Source: a virus | Taxonomy: Duplodnaviria > Heunggongvirae > Uroviricota > Caudoviricetes | Virus record (IMG/VR): IMGVR_UViG_3300021440_000001 | Strand: one strand, 5' to 3' | Length of the DNA stretch: 64,000 nt | Part shown: piece by piece, positions 16,727 through 26,088 of the stretch | Layout: each line of letters opens with the position of its first letter | Numbering within the stretch: the stretch's first letter is position 1 | The notes under the pieces: model-generated | Told to the model about the DNA's origin: nothing | Seen by the model: only the letters and a program-made list of their open reading frames with translations | Database searches by the model: none | Program-made: the position numbers and the translations under genes

Positions 16727-18505
16727 ATGACGACACCAGCAGAGAAATACGGGATTGACACGAGCTATGCCCATAAAACAGCATGCCCGCGATGCCGACG
16801 TAACGGCCGCGATAACGCTGGTAACAATATGCATGTATATGGCGCCGGTAACGGCGCCTTTTGCTGGTCTTGCAATTTCACTATCCCTTCAGATGAGCAC
16901 ATGGCTAAGATGGGGTGGGATGCCGAAGAGGAAGAGGATCAAGAAGTAATGACCAGAGAAAAAATCACAGACGAACAGAACGCTGAAATCAAGAGCTACA
17001 CCGGGACGAAGGGCCACGGCTACCGTGGAATCCGGGACGAAACCAACAAGTATTTCGGAGTTCGCTACGAGTACGACGCCGAAACTGGCGAGCCATGCAA
17101 ACAGTATTTCCCGACCACAATAGACGGCCAGCTAGCTGGATATCGCACTCGCGTATTCCCTAAAGACTTTTCTAATCCGATTGGGCAGGTCGGCAAGGAA
17201 TGCGATATGATCGGCGAGTTCCGCTTCAAGAACTCGAAGCGCACAGTGATTATCGTAGGGGGTGAAACCAAGCTCCTGAACACGTACCAGATGCTCAAGG
17301 ACGACCTCGAACGTCGAGGGAAGTCTGAATTTGAACCACCTGCTGTCGTTTGCTCCACGCTCGGCGAGAGCGGCGCATACAAGCAGGTGCAAAGTCGCTA
17401 CGAATTCTTCAACCAGTTTGAAAAGATCATCGTCTGCATGGATGCCGACAAAGCTGGCGAAGAGGCTGCTGAGAAGATAGCAAAAGTCCTACCAAAAGGT
17501 CGAGCCTATATAATGTCTATGCGCTTCAAAGACGCTGATGACTACGTTAAGGCTGGAAAAGAGAGGGACTTCATTCAGGACTTTTGGAATGCAAAGCAGC
17601 ATGTACCAGCCGGGATTGTCGGTAGTGGCGACCTTGGTAAACGCCTGCGGGATGAGGTGAGTTCGGAGAAAATCCCCTTCCCGCCGTTTATGAAGGAGCT
17701 AAACGAACTGACTGCGGGAGGCATCTCACTCGGAAAGATCGTTAACTTGGCATCTGGGTCAGGGACCGGTAAGACGACATGGGTTGATACGATGATTTAT
17801 CATTGGATTTTCAACAGCCCGCACAAGATCGGGGTAGTGTCGATGGAATTGAATGCTGGGCAGTATGGGTTATCAATGCTATCTAGGCACATTGGCAAGA
17901 AGATCAATAATATCCAATCAAGAGAGGAGCAGCAACGCTTCCTGGACTCGCAGTGGGTAAAAGACAAAGAGCGTGAGTTGTTCTTCAATGAAGATGGTTC
18001 CCATCGTTGGCACCTCGTTGACGACAGGGATGGCTCTGTAGACGATATAAAACGGCTGATAGAGGAACTCGTCATTGGAATGGATGTAAAAGTCATCGTT
18101 ATTGATGTTCTGTCAGACGTACTAGACGGGTTATCGATCGAAGAACAGGCGCTATTCATGAAATGGGAGAAAGGCATGGTAAAGAGTCACAGTGTTACGT
18201 TCTTCAACGTGAGTCACATCAGAAAAGCAGGGGCTGGGGCGACAAGTGCCAGTAGGGGTGGCATGCCAGACGAGGAATCCATGATCGGCAGCTCTACTAT
18301 TTTCAAGTCAGCCGCATTGAACATTCTTCTGCAACGTGATAAGATGGCCGAAGATGAAATAGCTCGCAACACTACCAGTGTGTACCTGTCCAAGAACCGG
18401 GACAACGGTAGGACTGGCCCGTGCGGAGAGTTTCTGTACGATAATGACTCGCACCAGTTGATGCACAAGGACGACTGGCTTAGTAAGAATACTGCTGAGT
18501 ATTGA
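16727..18505 (+). CDS. bifunctional DNA primase-helicase (T7 gp4-like)
   Basis: N-terminal Zn finger CPRCRR...CWSC, TOPRIM region, Walker A GSGTGKTT and DnaB-type helicase motifs. Confidence 0.9.
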   Translation: MTTPAEKYGIDTSYAHKTACPRCRRNGRDNAGNNMHVYGAGNGAFCWSCNFTIPSDEHMAKMGWDAEEEEDQEVMTREKITDEQNAEIKSYTGTKGHGYRGIRDETNKYFGVRYEYDAETGEPCKQYFPTTIDGQLAGYRTRVFPKDFSNPIGQVGKECDMIGEFRFKNSKRTVIIVGGETKLLNTYQMLKDDLERRGKSEFEPPAVVCSTLGESGAYKQVQSRYEFFNQFEKIIVCMDADKAGEEAAEKIAKVLPKGRAYIMSMRFKDADDYVKAGKERDFIQDFWNAKQHVPAGIVGSGDLGKRLRDEVSSEKIPFPPFMKELNELTAGGISLGKIVNLASGSGTGKTTWVDTMIYHWIFNSPHKIGVVSMELNAGQYGLSMLSRHIGKKINNIQSREEQQRFLDSQWVKDKERELFFNEDGSHRWHLVDDRDGSVDDIKRLIEELVIGMDVKVIVIDVLSDVLDGLSIEEQALFMKWEKGMVKSHSVTFFNVSHIRKAGAGATSASRGGMPDEESMIGSSTIFKSAALNILLQRDKMAEDEIARNTTSVYLSKNRDNGRTGPCGEFLYDNDSHQLMHKDDWLSKNTAEY

Positions 18506-18515
18506 AAGGTGTCGG

Positions 18516-19098
18516 ATGAATATAGAAGACTTCAAGACTGAAAGTGGAGAGTGGGCGGGGACGGATACGTTAGGCGGAAAGACCGTATTCACTATTGGCG
18601 GACGGTACTACCATAATATGCGACAACGCTGCAAGGCGGGTGGGGCTAATCAGGGACGAAGGCCGACATACACTAGCTGCACTACAACTTTCAAGTCTTG
18701 CCATGAGTTTATTGAGTGGGGCAGGAAGCAAGTTGGGTACGGGACTGGGGGAGTTGGACAAGGACATTTTGCTGAAGGGCAATAAGGTCTATTGCCCAGA
18801 GTTGTGTGTATTTGTCCCTAGACAGGTAAACCTGCTACTTGTAAGCTGCAACAACAGCAGAGGAGCCTACCCGCTGGGCGTCTCTTACAACAAGAAGGCT
18901 GCTAAATTTGTTGCTCAACTGCGTTGCAACGGACGGGTGGAGTACCTTGGGCTGTTTCCCTCGCCAGAAGCCGCATTCGCAGCCTACAAAGTTGCAAAGG
19001 AAGCTGAAATCAAGCGTGTTGTCAATTTACACATTGATAGTCTTGATTCGCGTGTGTCTACGGCTCTGATGGGCTATAATGTTGATATCAACGACTGA
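18516..19098 (+). pseudogene. HNH-AP2 homing endonuclease family A, copy 3, interrupted by a +1 frameshift in a G5 run (about 18748)
   Basis: N-terminal half in ORF 18516..18785, C-terminal half in ORF 18595..19098; removing one G from ACTGGGGGAG restores ...QVGYGTGELDKDILLKGNKVYCPELCVFV... Confidence 0.7.
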
Positions 19099-19108
19099 AA
19101 GGAGAACG

Positions 19109-19297
19109 ATGAGTCTGCATCAAAAAGAGGCAATCAACAAGATTGCGCAACTAATTGCAGAAGCGCAAGAGAAGATTTCTGAAGCTGAGGCTATTGCTGA
19201 CGAGGCACGCGTCGGCTTCAACATGAGCATTGCCGGCTACGGTATTGTCGGACACTACTCCCCTCATACACAAGAGTGGGAGCCTTTGTATTGCTGA
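19109..19297 (+). CDS. hypothetical protein (62 aa)
   Basis: AAAGGAGAACG RBS + ATG. Confidence 0.5.
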   Translation: MSLHQKEAINKIAQLIAEAQEKISEAEAIADEARVGFNMSIAGYGIVGHYSPHTQEWEPLYC

Positions 19298-19302
19298 CAG
19301 AT

Positions 19303-19470
19303 ATGGAACAGCTCGAACTTTTTGAGCCTATTCCTGAATTCCTAGTTGGCGTTCGCGTCGGCGACGAAATTCAGCAATACGAAGTAGGCGAACTGACGCA
19401 TGAGACTGCGGCGGATTTCATCAGGAAAGAGATTCCGCAAGCAAGTACCGTGTTGGTGAGAGTGAAGTGA
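19303..19470 (+). CDS. hypothetical protein (55 aa)
   Basis: ATG within ORF 19276..19470. Confidence 0.35.
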   Translation: MEQLELFEPIPEFLVGVRVGDEIQQYEVGELTHETAADFIRKEIPQASTVLVRVK

Positions 19471-19590
19471 ATCCGTACTACGCGGCTATAGCATTCACAG
19501 CTCCAGTGCTTGTATTCTTTCCATTCTTGATCTTTGGATTTGAATACAAGCAAGAACAAACCCTCAAAACTGAAAAGGAGAAATCTGAAA

Positions 19591-19836
19591 ATGGCAAAGA
19601 CTGAATTCATTGTTGGTGGTATTGACCTCAACGAGTACAAGAAGGCAAAAGAAGCTGTCACTCAAGTGGCTGTTCAAGCCGTCGCTGAGCGCGTCGAGAA
19701 CATCAAGAAGCTTCTCGGAGAAATCAAGGACATCCAGCAAGCATCCGGTATCGATGTGGACCTCTATAGTCTCAGGTGGCCGCTGGAAGACATTGATACC
19801 GTCAACGACTGGGACTCTTCGTCTGCCCACTGCTGA
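19591..19836 (+). CDS. hypothetical protein (81 aa), paralog of the next gene
   Basis: AAAAGGAGAAATC RBS; N-terminus MAKTEFIVGGIDLNEY resembles MSKIILGGVDIDQIQ. Confidence 0.5.
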   Translation: MAKTEFIVGGIDLNEYKKAKEAVTQVAVQAVAERVENIKKLLGEIKDIQQASGIDVDLYSLRWPLEDIDTVNDWDSSSAHC

Positions 19837-19845
19837 GAGGTACAC

Positions 19846-20259
19846 ATGAGCAAGATCATTCTAGGCGGCGTTGACATCGATCAGATTCAGGCTCAACGCT
19901 CAGCAATGCGAAAAGATGCCGTCAAGTTTATATCCGACGGCATCGAAGAGGCTACGAAGCAGTTCAACGAACTGATGATGTTGGGAGCAGGCTCTGAAGC
20001 AGAAGCAGAGGCTCTTGCTGACCACATCAACAGCCTTCTCAAAGATGTCGCTGTCGTCTCTGACGCTTCTGGTGTGTCGTACCAACTTCCGTACAGTGGT
20101 GAGGACTACGACGAACGCCCGCTATCGTATCGCCTAGAAGACCCGAGAGACGAGGGCGCGGCCGTCGATGCATATATGTCAAGGACTATGGTAAGGCTTC
20201 TTGACACTCTTCAGGAAATGGAAGCTCAGTGTCGGGCCTGGTACTCAAGCAACTGCTGA
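19846..20259 (+). CDS. hypothetical protein (137 aa), tandem paralog
   Basis: shared N-terminal ..I..GG.D.. motif; acidic C-terminus. Confidence 0.55.
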   Translation: MSKIILGGVDIDQIQAQRSAMRKDAVKFISDGIEEATKQFNELMMLGAGSEAEAEALADHINSLLKDVAVVSDASGVSYQLPYSGEDYDERPLSYRLEDPRDEGAAVDAYMSRTMVRLLDTLQEMEAQCRAWYSSNC

Positions 20260-20316
20260 ACAGGGCGACAGATAGCCCAGAAGCCCGGGCTGTTCTGTAA
20301 CTCACGAAAGGATGGT

Positions 20317-21237
20317 ATGATTGTTATCGGATCAACTGCACTGAAGCATCACGGATTTGATGTAACGCCGAAAGACTTAGACCTTGTTGGAACATACGAG
20401 GAGGTTATGAACTTCAAGCATAAGTTCGGAGCAGTTTCATACTATCCAATCAACAGCGGCGCGTCAATGTACATGCGCAACGCTCGCGGAGACGTGTGTG
20501 AAATCGAGCTTGCATGGGAGGGGTCAAGGGCTTGGAAGCTCATCAAATTCGTGCAAGAGCAAGGCGGGAGCGCATGGCGAAACATCGTTGACATCCACGG
20601 GAACGCGTGTCACCTTCCGACGACAGAATTGCTGTACATGCTCAAGATGTCGCACAGATACCTGAGAGACTCTCCGCACTTTCTAAAAACAATGCGAGAC
20701 ATTCAATTGCTTCGTAGCAAGGGTTGTGAAATCCCGCCGAGTTGGAATGACTTCTACCAAGAGCGGATGCGAGACACGTACACGTACAAGCATCCAAACT
20801 TAAAAGTCAACAAGGGGGTGTTCTTCGATGCTACAATGACCGGAGTTGTCCAAAAGTACGACCACGACACTATGCATATCGCTGTTGCACACCTTGACAA
20901 ACCGGCCTACCTGTATTTCAAACCGGAAGACGAAGAGGTGATGTGCAGTAGGGAAATGTTCCTTGCATGTGACAGGCAGATTCAGCTATACTCTATCGTA
21001 GAGGAAGCGATGGTGCTTGCACTAGAAAGAAGCCTCGTGCCATACCCCGGAAAGAAAACCCCGAAAGAGGCGTTTACGCTTGCCTTGATGAAGGTCTGTA
21101 CGTCCATTACGTCAGGCTGGTGGAGGGAATTTGCATGGGAGAACTACGATGCAGCTCTCGCCCTGTACTCTGATACCTACGTTGAGCGTTTCAACGCTGG
21201 TGTCGCAAACCAAACCGTCAAACTGAAGGAGAATTGA
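20317..21237 (+). CDS. hypothetical protein, possible Pol-beta-superfamily nucleotidyltransferase fold at the N-terminus
   Basis: IGSTAL-x13-DLDLV resembles the hG[GS]...DhD signature; weak. Confidence 0.5.
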   Translation: MIVIGSTALKHHGFDVTPKDLDLVGTYEEVMNFKHKFGAVSYYPINSGASMYMRNARGDVCEIELAWEGSRAWKLIKFVQEQGGSAWRNIVDIHGNACHLPTTELLYMLKMSHRYLRDSPHFLKTMRDIQLLRSKGCEIPPSWNDFYQERMRDTYTYKHPNLKVNKGVFFDATMTGVVQKYDHDTMHIAVAHLDKPAYLYFKPEDEEVMCSREMFLACDRQIQLYSIVEEAMVLALERSLVPYPGKKTPKEAFTLALMKVCTSITSGWWREFAWENYDAALALYSDTYVERFNAGVANQTVKLKEN

Positions 21238-21238
21238 T

Positions 21239-21418
21239 TTGAAGAAGTTTTCGACTTTCGCCGTTGCCGCTCTGCTGGCTGTTTCGCTGACCGCTTGCGG
21301 TGGTGGCGAGTCCTATGCTGCGGCGCCTCAACCTGTCGCCCCGCTGCCAGTTGCCGTTGACGCCTCAGGCGTGCCGCTGCCGCAGCAGGGGCGTTTGATG
21401 GAGAGCAGAGATGCCTGA
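21239..21418 (+). CDS. short lipoprotein-signal ORF (TTG start) in the high-GC island
   Basis: LKKFSTFAVAALLAVSLTAC lipobox; GC-rich; possibly a captured host gene fragment. Confidence 0.3.
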   Translation: MKKFSTFAVAALLAVSLTACGGGESYAAAPQPVAPLPVAVDASGVPLPQQGRLMESRDA

Positions 21419-22247
21419 TACCGAAGCGAAACCACTGGTGATTTACCACGGCAACTGTGCGGACGGCTTTAGCGCCGCCTGGTGCTTCTGGCGCTACCAC
21501 CGCGACACCGCTGACTATGTGGCCGGCGTGTACCAGACCCCGCCGCCCGACGTGACCGGGCGCGACGTGTACTTGGTGGACTTCAGCTACAGGCGCGCCG
21601 TGGTAGCCGACATGCTGAACAAGGCTGCGCGGGTGACGCTGATTGACCACCACAAGACGGCCATTGAAGACTTGGCCGGGCTTGAAGGGCTGCGCCAGTA
21701 CACAGACCTTGACCGCAGCGGGGCAACGCTGGCATGGGACTTCCTGTTTCCCGGCGAAGACCGGCCGTTGCTGCTGGGCCACGTTGAAGACCGCGACCTG
21801 TGGCGCTTCAAGTTGGCCGGCACGCGCGAGATTCAGGCGCTGGTCTTCAGTTACGAATATAGCTTTGAGTTGTGGGACAAGCTGATGAGCGCCGATCAGG
21901 TGGAACTGCTGAAGATGACCGCCGCAGGCGCTGCCATTGAACGCAAGCACCACAAGGATGTGGCCGAGCTGGTGAAGGTGTGCCGGCGCCGCATGGTGAT
22001 CGGAGCCTATGACGTGCCGGTGGCGAGCCTGCCTTACACGCTGGTGAGCGATGCCGCGCACTTGATGGCGCAAGGTGAACCGTTTGCGGCCTGCTATTGG
22101 GACACGGCCGAGGGGCGCGTGTTCGGCCTGCGCGCCACCGACGACGGCGTGGACGTGTCGGATGTGGCCAAGCAGTACGGCGGCGGCGGGCACGCCAAAG
22201 CGGCAGGCTTCAAGGTGCCACGCGGGCACGTCTTGGCGGTGGCGTGA
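21411..22247 (+). CDS. DHH-family phosphoesterase (NrnA/RecJ-like core)
   Basis: motifs IYHGNCADGFSAA and LIDHHK (DHH); markedly higher GC than the flanks. Confidence 0.65.
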   Translation: MPDTEAKPLVIYHGNCADGFSAAWCFWRYHRDTADYVAGVYQTPPPDVTGRDVYLVDFSYRRAVVADMLNKAARVTLIDHHKTAIEDLAGLEGLRQYTDLDRSGATLAWDFLFPGEDRPLLLGHVEDRDLWRFKLAGTREIQALVFSYEYSFELWDKLMSADQVELLKMTAAGAAIERKHHKDVAELVKVCRRRMVIGAYDVPVASLPYTLVSDAAHLMAQGEPFAACYWDTAEGRVFGLRATDDGVDVSDVAKQYGGGGHAKAAGFKVPRGHVLAVA

Positions 22248-22400
22248 GGAAGCGCCATAACTGCATCAAGGGCGTTGTGCTCAGCTTGGCACAAAAGCTG
22301 TGGAACGAGCGGACCAAGACCACTAGCCCTGTGCTTGCAACGCACGACACGGATGCACCGATTGTACGGTGTACTTTCTACGTTCAAGAAAAGGAGAAGG

Positions 22401-24004
22401 ATGAGAGGCGTATTTGACATCGAAGCCAACGCACTTCTTGACCACACTACAATCGACTACTTGGCTAGCCCATTCAAGCTCAAGCCTACGTTCATGGTTT
22501 GGTGCTTGGTTGTTCAAGACATCGACACTGGAGCTGTGTACAGGTTTGTAGGTGACGAGGTTCGGACTGAATTTCCCCGCCTGCTGGCAAAGATGACGAC
22601 CATCATCGGCCACAACATCATAGACTATGACTTGCTGGTGCTAAAGCTCTGGCTCGGAATAGACTATGAAATCGGCGAGCAGTGCTACATCGACGGCAGA
22701 CCTGTTGAAATTATCGACACACTGGTTTTGTCCAAAGTGTTGAACCCAGACCGATACGGCGGACACTCTCTTGACGAGTGGGGTAAGCGCCTAGGACTCG
22801 ACAAGATCGACTGGCGTGCAAAAGCAATTGAGCTTGGGCTTATCCAGTACAACTCGCCAAAGGGTGCAGAGTTTGCCCAGTATCACCCAGAAATGCTTGT
22901 GTACAACGAGCGTGACGTTGCAGTTAACGCTAAACTCTATTTCAACCTTGTGGATGAAATGGGCAGTTGGAACTGGCAAGGCCCGTTTGTGCTTGAGCAG
23001 ATGACACGGGACATTATCACCCGACAGTCGCACAGAGGGTTCTGGTTCAACGCTGAACTCGCAGAGGCAAATGTCCGAGAACTTGACGCCAAGATGGAAG
23101 AGATTAGGCTGTTGGTCGAGCCGCTACTGCCGCCGAAGCCGATGGGGTTGACGAAGCTGAAAGGGTACATTCCTCCGAAGATTCAGTTCAAGAAGAATGG
23201 CGAGCCTTCTGCCGTTGTTTTGAAGTGGGTGGAGCGCCACGGGGGCTCGATTTGGGAGGAATCAGGGCACTGGTGGTACAAGGTCTACGACAAGCAGGGT
23301 AAGATGCCAATGCCAGCCGACGAGGCTGTTGTGACGCACGAGCCAGCAACTGTCAAGGACACTACCCACATCAAGGGGTGGCTTGTTGAACTCGGGTGGC
23401 GTCCTACGCAATACAAGGAGCGTGATATAACCTGTGACAGCAAGAAGAAAAAGCTCACACCAGATAAGTTTGCCGACACTGTTGAACGCTACGTAGAGCA
23501 AACGCTGTCTAGTCCATTCAAGCGTGACCGTTGCAACGAACTTGACGTGTCTGCTTCGAGACTCAGAGACAAGTTGCTTAAGCACGACCTGAAGAGGCCG
23601 CTGAAGGTCTACACCAATCCCACCATTACCGTGGGTATGGAAAAAGAAATCGACCCTGCGCTTCTTGAGCTTGCAGACCAGTTCCCGCATGCGAAGCTTG
23701 TGTCAGAGTACCTGACGTATGCTCACAGGCGTAACAGCATCCTGGGCGGAGGGTTTGATCCTGACGACCTAGACGATGATGACGAGTTCGCTGGTAAGGG
23801 TTTTATGGCCGCTGGGCGCATTGCGGAAGACGGCCGTATCCAGACCCCTGCGGACTCCTGCGGAGCTGGCACAAGCCGTTTTAAGCACCGTCTCGTGGCT
23901 AATGTTCCGCGTGTGACCAGTTTGTATGGCAGGAACATGCGGGCTCTCTTTGGAGTTGACAAGGATGACGGATTTCTGCAACTGGGTTACGACTTTGATT
24001 CGTT
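22401..24004 (+). CDS. DNA polymerase I family (T7 gp5-like), exon 1: 3'-5' exonuclease plus N-terminal polymerase region ending in motif A
   Basis: Exo I VFDIEANAL, YNERDV; ends ...LQLGYDFDSL (motif A DxSxxE.R interrupted); AAGGAGAAGG RBS. Confidence 0.8.
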
Positions 24005-24814
24005 AATGACTGGCGAATGTAAAACCTGTTGAATTGCTGGGACACCCTAACGTACAATGGCGAGGGCAATCAGCAGCGAAGACGTGAGCTACCTCTTATT
24101 TGAAAGGAGGTAGGTATGGAAAGAAAGACTGTGCGTTGGTCGCCGTCTTATGATGTTTACGAGGATGGCAGGGTTTGGAGCAGGCACACAGGGAGGTTAT
24201 TGAAGCCCTTCTTGTCCACACAATCTGACGAGTACTTGTCAGTGAAGCTGTGCGAAGACTGCGAAGAACGGACAATCAGTGTGCATAGGCTTGTAGCCGA
24301 GCACTTTGTCCCTAATCCTGACAACCTAGGAACTGTCAATCATAAAGACGGCAACAAACAGAACAACCATCGTAGTAACCTAGAGTGGATGACTCAAGGC
24401 GATAACAAGCGGCATGCGTTCCAAACCGGAGTGTCTGTTGCTTGGTGGCAAGGAGATACACACTCTAGAAGCACTTTCACCAACGAAGAAGTGCATGAGA
24501 TTTGCAGCCTGTTCCAAAGCGGTGTGAAGCCGCTGGACTTGGCGAAGTCCACGACGCTCTTGTACCAGAAGCTGTTTAGAATCTGGAACAGAGATAACTG
24601 GAAGTCGATTTCTAAAGACTATAGTTGGTAGCTCACGTAACGTTCAACGACTATCGAAACCACGCAGCAATGCGGAAGGGAGTAGAGTAGGAAGCAAGCC
24701 TATGGCTTCCGAAGTGGCAGGGGACGAAAGTCCATGATATAGTCTGAACACGCAGGAGACTGCGTGCGGAGGTTAAATCCTCGGGTGGTTGTTGCGAAGC
24801 CACTGAACAAATTG
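24005..24814 (+). other. group I intron in the DNA polymerase gene (carries an HNH ORF)
   Basis: exon ends in U, with P1 pairing ATTCGU/GCGAAU; intron ends in G; conserved core GACTATCGAAA...GAGTAGAGTAGGA...GATGATATAGTCYGA shared with the nrdA introns; spliced product gives DFDSL|EAKIEAH matching T7 DASGLELRCLAH. Confidence 0.7.
24116..24631 (+). CDS. intron-encoded HNH homing endonuclease (NUMOD-like N-terminus + HNH_3)
   Basis: VNHKDGNKQNNHRSNLEW; GAAAGGAGGTAGGT RBS inside the intron; paralog at 37487. Confidence 0.75.
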   Translation: MERKTVRWSPSYDVYEDGRVWSRHTGRLLKPFLSTQSDEYLSVKLCEDCEERTISVHRLVAEHFVPNPDNLGTVNHKDGNKQNNHRSNLEWMTQGDNKRHAFQTGVSVAWWQGDTHSRSTFTNEEVHEICSLFQSGVKPLDLAKSTTLLYQKLFRIWNRDNWKSISKDYSW

Positions 24815-25614
24815 TGGAAGCGAAGATCGAAGCCCACTACGTCTACCGCTATGCGGGAGGTCCGGAGTATGGGGTGAGTCTGACGGCTGAAAAACCGAAT
24901 GACTGCCATAGCGTTCTTGCGCGTAAGATCACGGGAATACTCGGACGTGAGTTTCCTCGGTCAACTGCGAAGAACGTCAAGTATGGGTGCAGCTACAATG
25001 CTCAACCAACGCGTGTGGCTAAGACGGTGGGCTGCGATCTGGATACAGGTCAGATCATCTTCGATGCGTTCTGGGAGCAGGCTAGCCCGCTGAAAGAACT
25101 CAAGGAAAAGATGCAGAAATACTGGGAAGGTCCGGGCCAGAAGAAGTTCCTCATGGGCATCGACAACCGAAAGTTGCCGATCCGCGCAAAAGGGAACGTC
25201 ATCAACACGGCATTCCAGTCTGCTGGCGTCATCTGTGCTAAGCGGGCGATGGTTATCCACGAAAAAATGTTGAAAGACGAGGGTTTGTGGGTTGACTTTT
25301 TCCGCGATGACTGGAAGAATAAGGACTTCTGCCAACAACTGATCGCCTACCATGATGAGGCGCAACTAGAGGTTCGCCGTAGCATGGTGACGTGGAAGAA
25401 GTTCAGTAGCGAAGCTGAGTGCAAGGCGTTCAAGAGCGACGACGGAAAGGTGTGGAGCGACCCTGTTCACAATGACAAGGGCTGGTTCCGTGGCTACTGT
25501 CGTGCTGGCGAGCTTGCAACAATCGCTGTAAGAGAGGCTGGACAACACTACAAACTTAACGTAGAATTGTCGGCTGGATACATGCTAGGCACCGACTGGG
25601 CTAGCTGCCACTAA
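24815..25614 (+). CDS. DNA polymerase exon 2 (motifs B and C, C-terminus)
   Basis: R..AKNVKYGCSYN (motif B), LIAYHDEAQLE (motif C HDE), C-terminal ...GTDWASCH matches T7 ...GPNWAICH. Confidence 0.8.
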
Positions 25615-25620
25615 AACTGC

Positions 25621-25700
25621 GCGTCTGTAGTTCAATGGATAGAGCAAGAGTGTTCTAGGCTCCGGGCTCCGGGTTGTGGGTTCGAGTCCTACCAGACGCG
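25621..25700 (+). tRNA. tRNA-like gene, anticodon UCU (Arg), with a 7-bp tandem duplication GCTCCGG that creates a long extra arm
   Basis: acceptor GCGTCTG/CAGACGC, D-arm GTTC-AATGGATA-GAGC, anticodon loop GTTCTAG, T-arm GTGGG-TTCGAGT-CCTAC; 80 nt instead of 73. Confidence 0.65.
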
Positions 25701-25729
25701 CAAATCTCAATGACGAGAAAGGAGAAAGA

Positions 25730-26020
25730 GTGAATACAGTTCATACCGAACTAACTGCCCGTTTTGAAGCCTTTGATGCTGAAAATCCGCAAGTCTACGA
25801 CCTGTTCAAGCAGTTCAGCTTCGAGCTGATTGCAACTGGCAAGAAGAAGAGCAGCGCATGGCTTGTTGCGAACCGGCTTCGCTGGGAGACTGCAATCAAG
25901 ACGACTGGCGGAGACTTCAAGATCAGCAACGACTTCATCGCGCTGTATGCCCGCAAGTTCATGCGAAACTACCCGATCTATCATGGCTTCTTTGTGACGA
26001 AGCCGATGAAGCGGGCTTGA
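25730..26020 (+). CDS. hypothetical protein (GTG start after AAGGAGAAAGA)
   Basis: ORF 25676..26020 begins inside the tRNA; the GTG with RBS is the plausible start. Confidence 0.45.
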   Translation: MNTVHTELTARFEAFDAENPQVYDLFKQFSFELIATGKKKSSAWLVANRLRWETAIKTTGGDFKISNDFIALYARKFMRNYPIYHGFFVTKPMKRA

Positions 26021-26088
26021 GCAGACGACTATCCAAGGCAGGCACAAGAGATTACGAAAAACTTGTCACTGCCTGTCTGACGGCGTTG

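Noticed and set aside
21177-22229. 350-aa minus-strand ORF
   Set aside because: It lies wholly antisense to the GC-rich DHH phosphoesterase gene. High GC suppresses stop codons. It has no RBS and is Ala/Arg/Pro-rich, a typical antisense artefact.
22275-22400. 5' extension of the DNA polymerase ORF (start 22275)
   Set aside because: The extension overlaps the end of the DHH gene and lacks an RBS. The ATG at 22401 has AAGGAGAAGG and starts at the conserved exonuclease domain.
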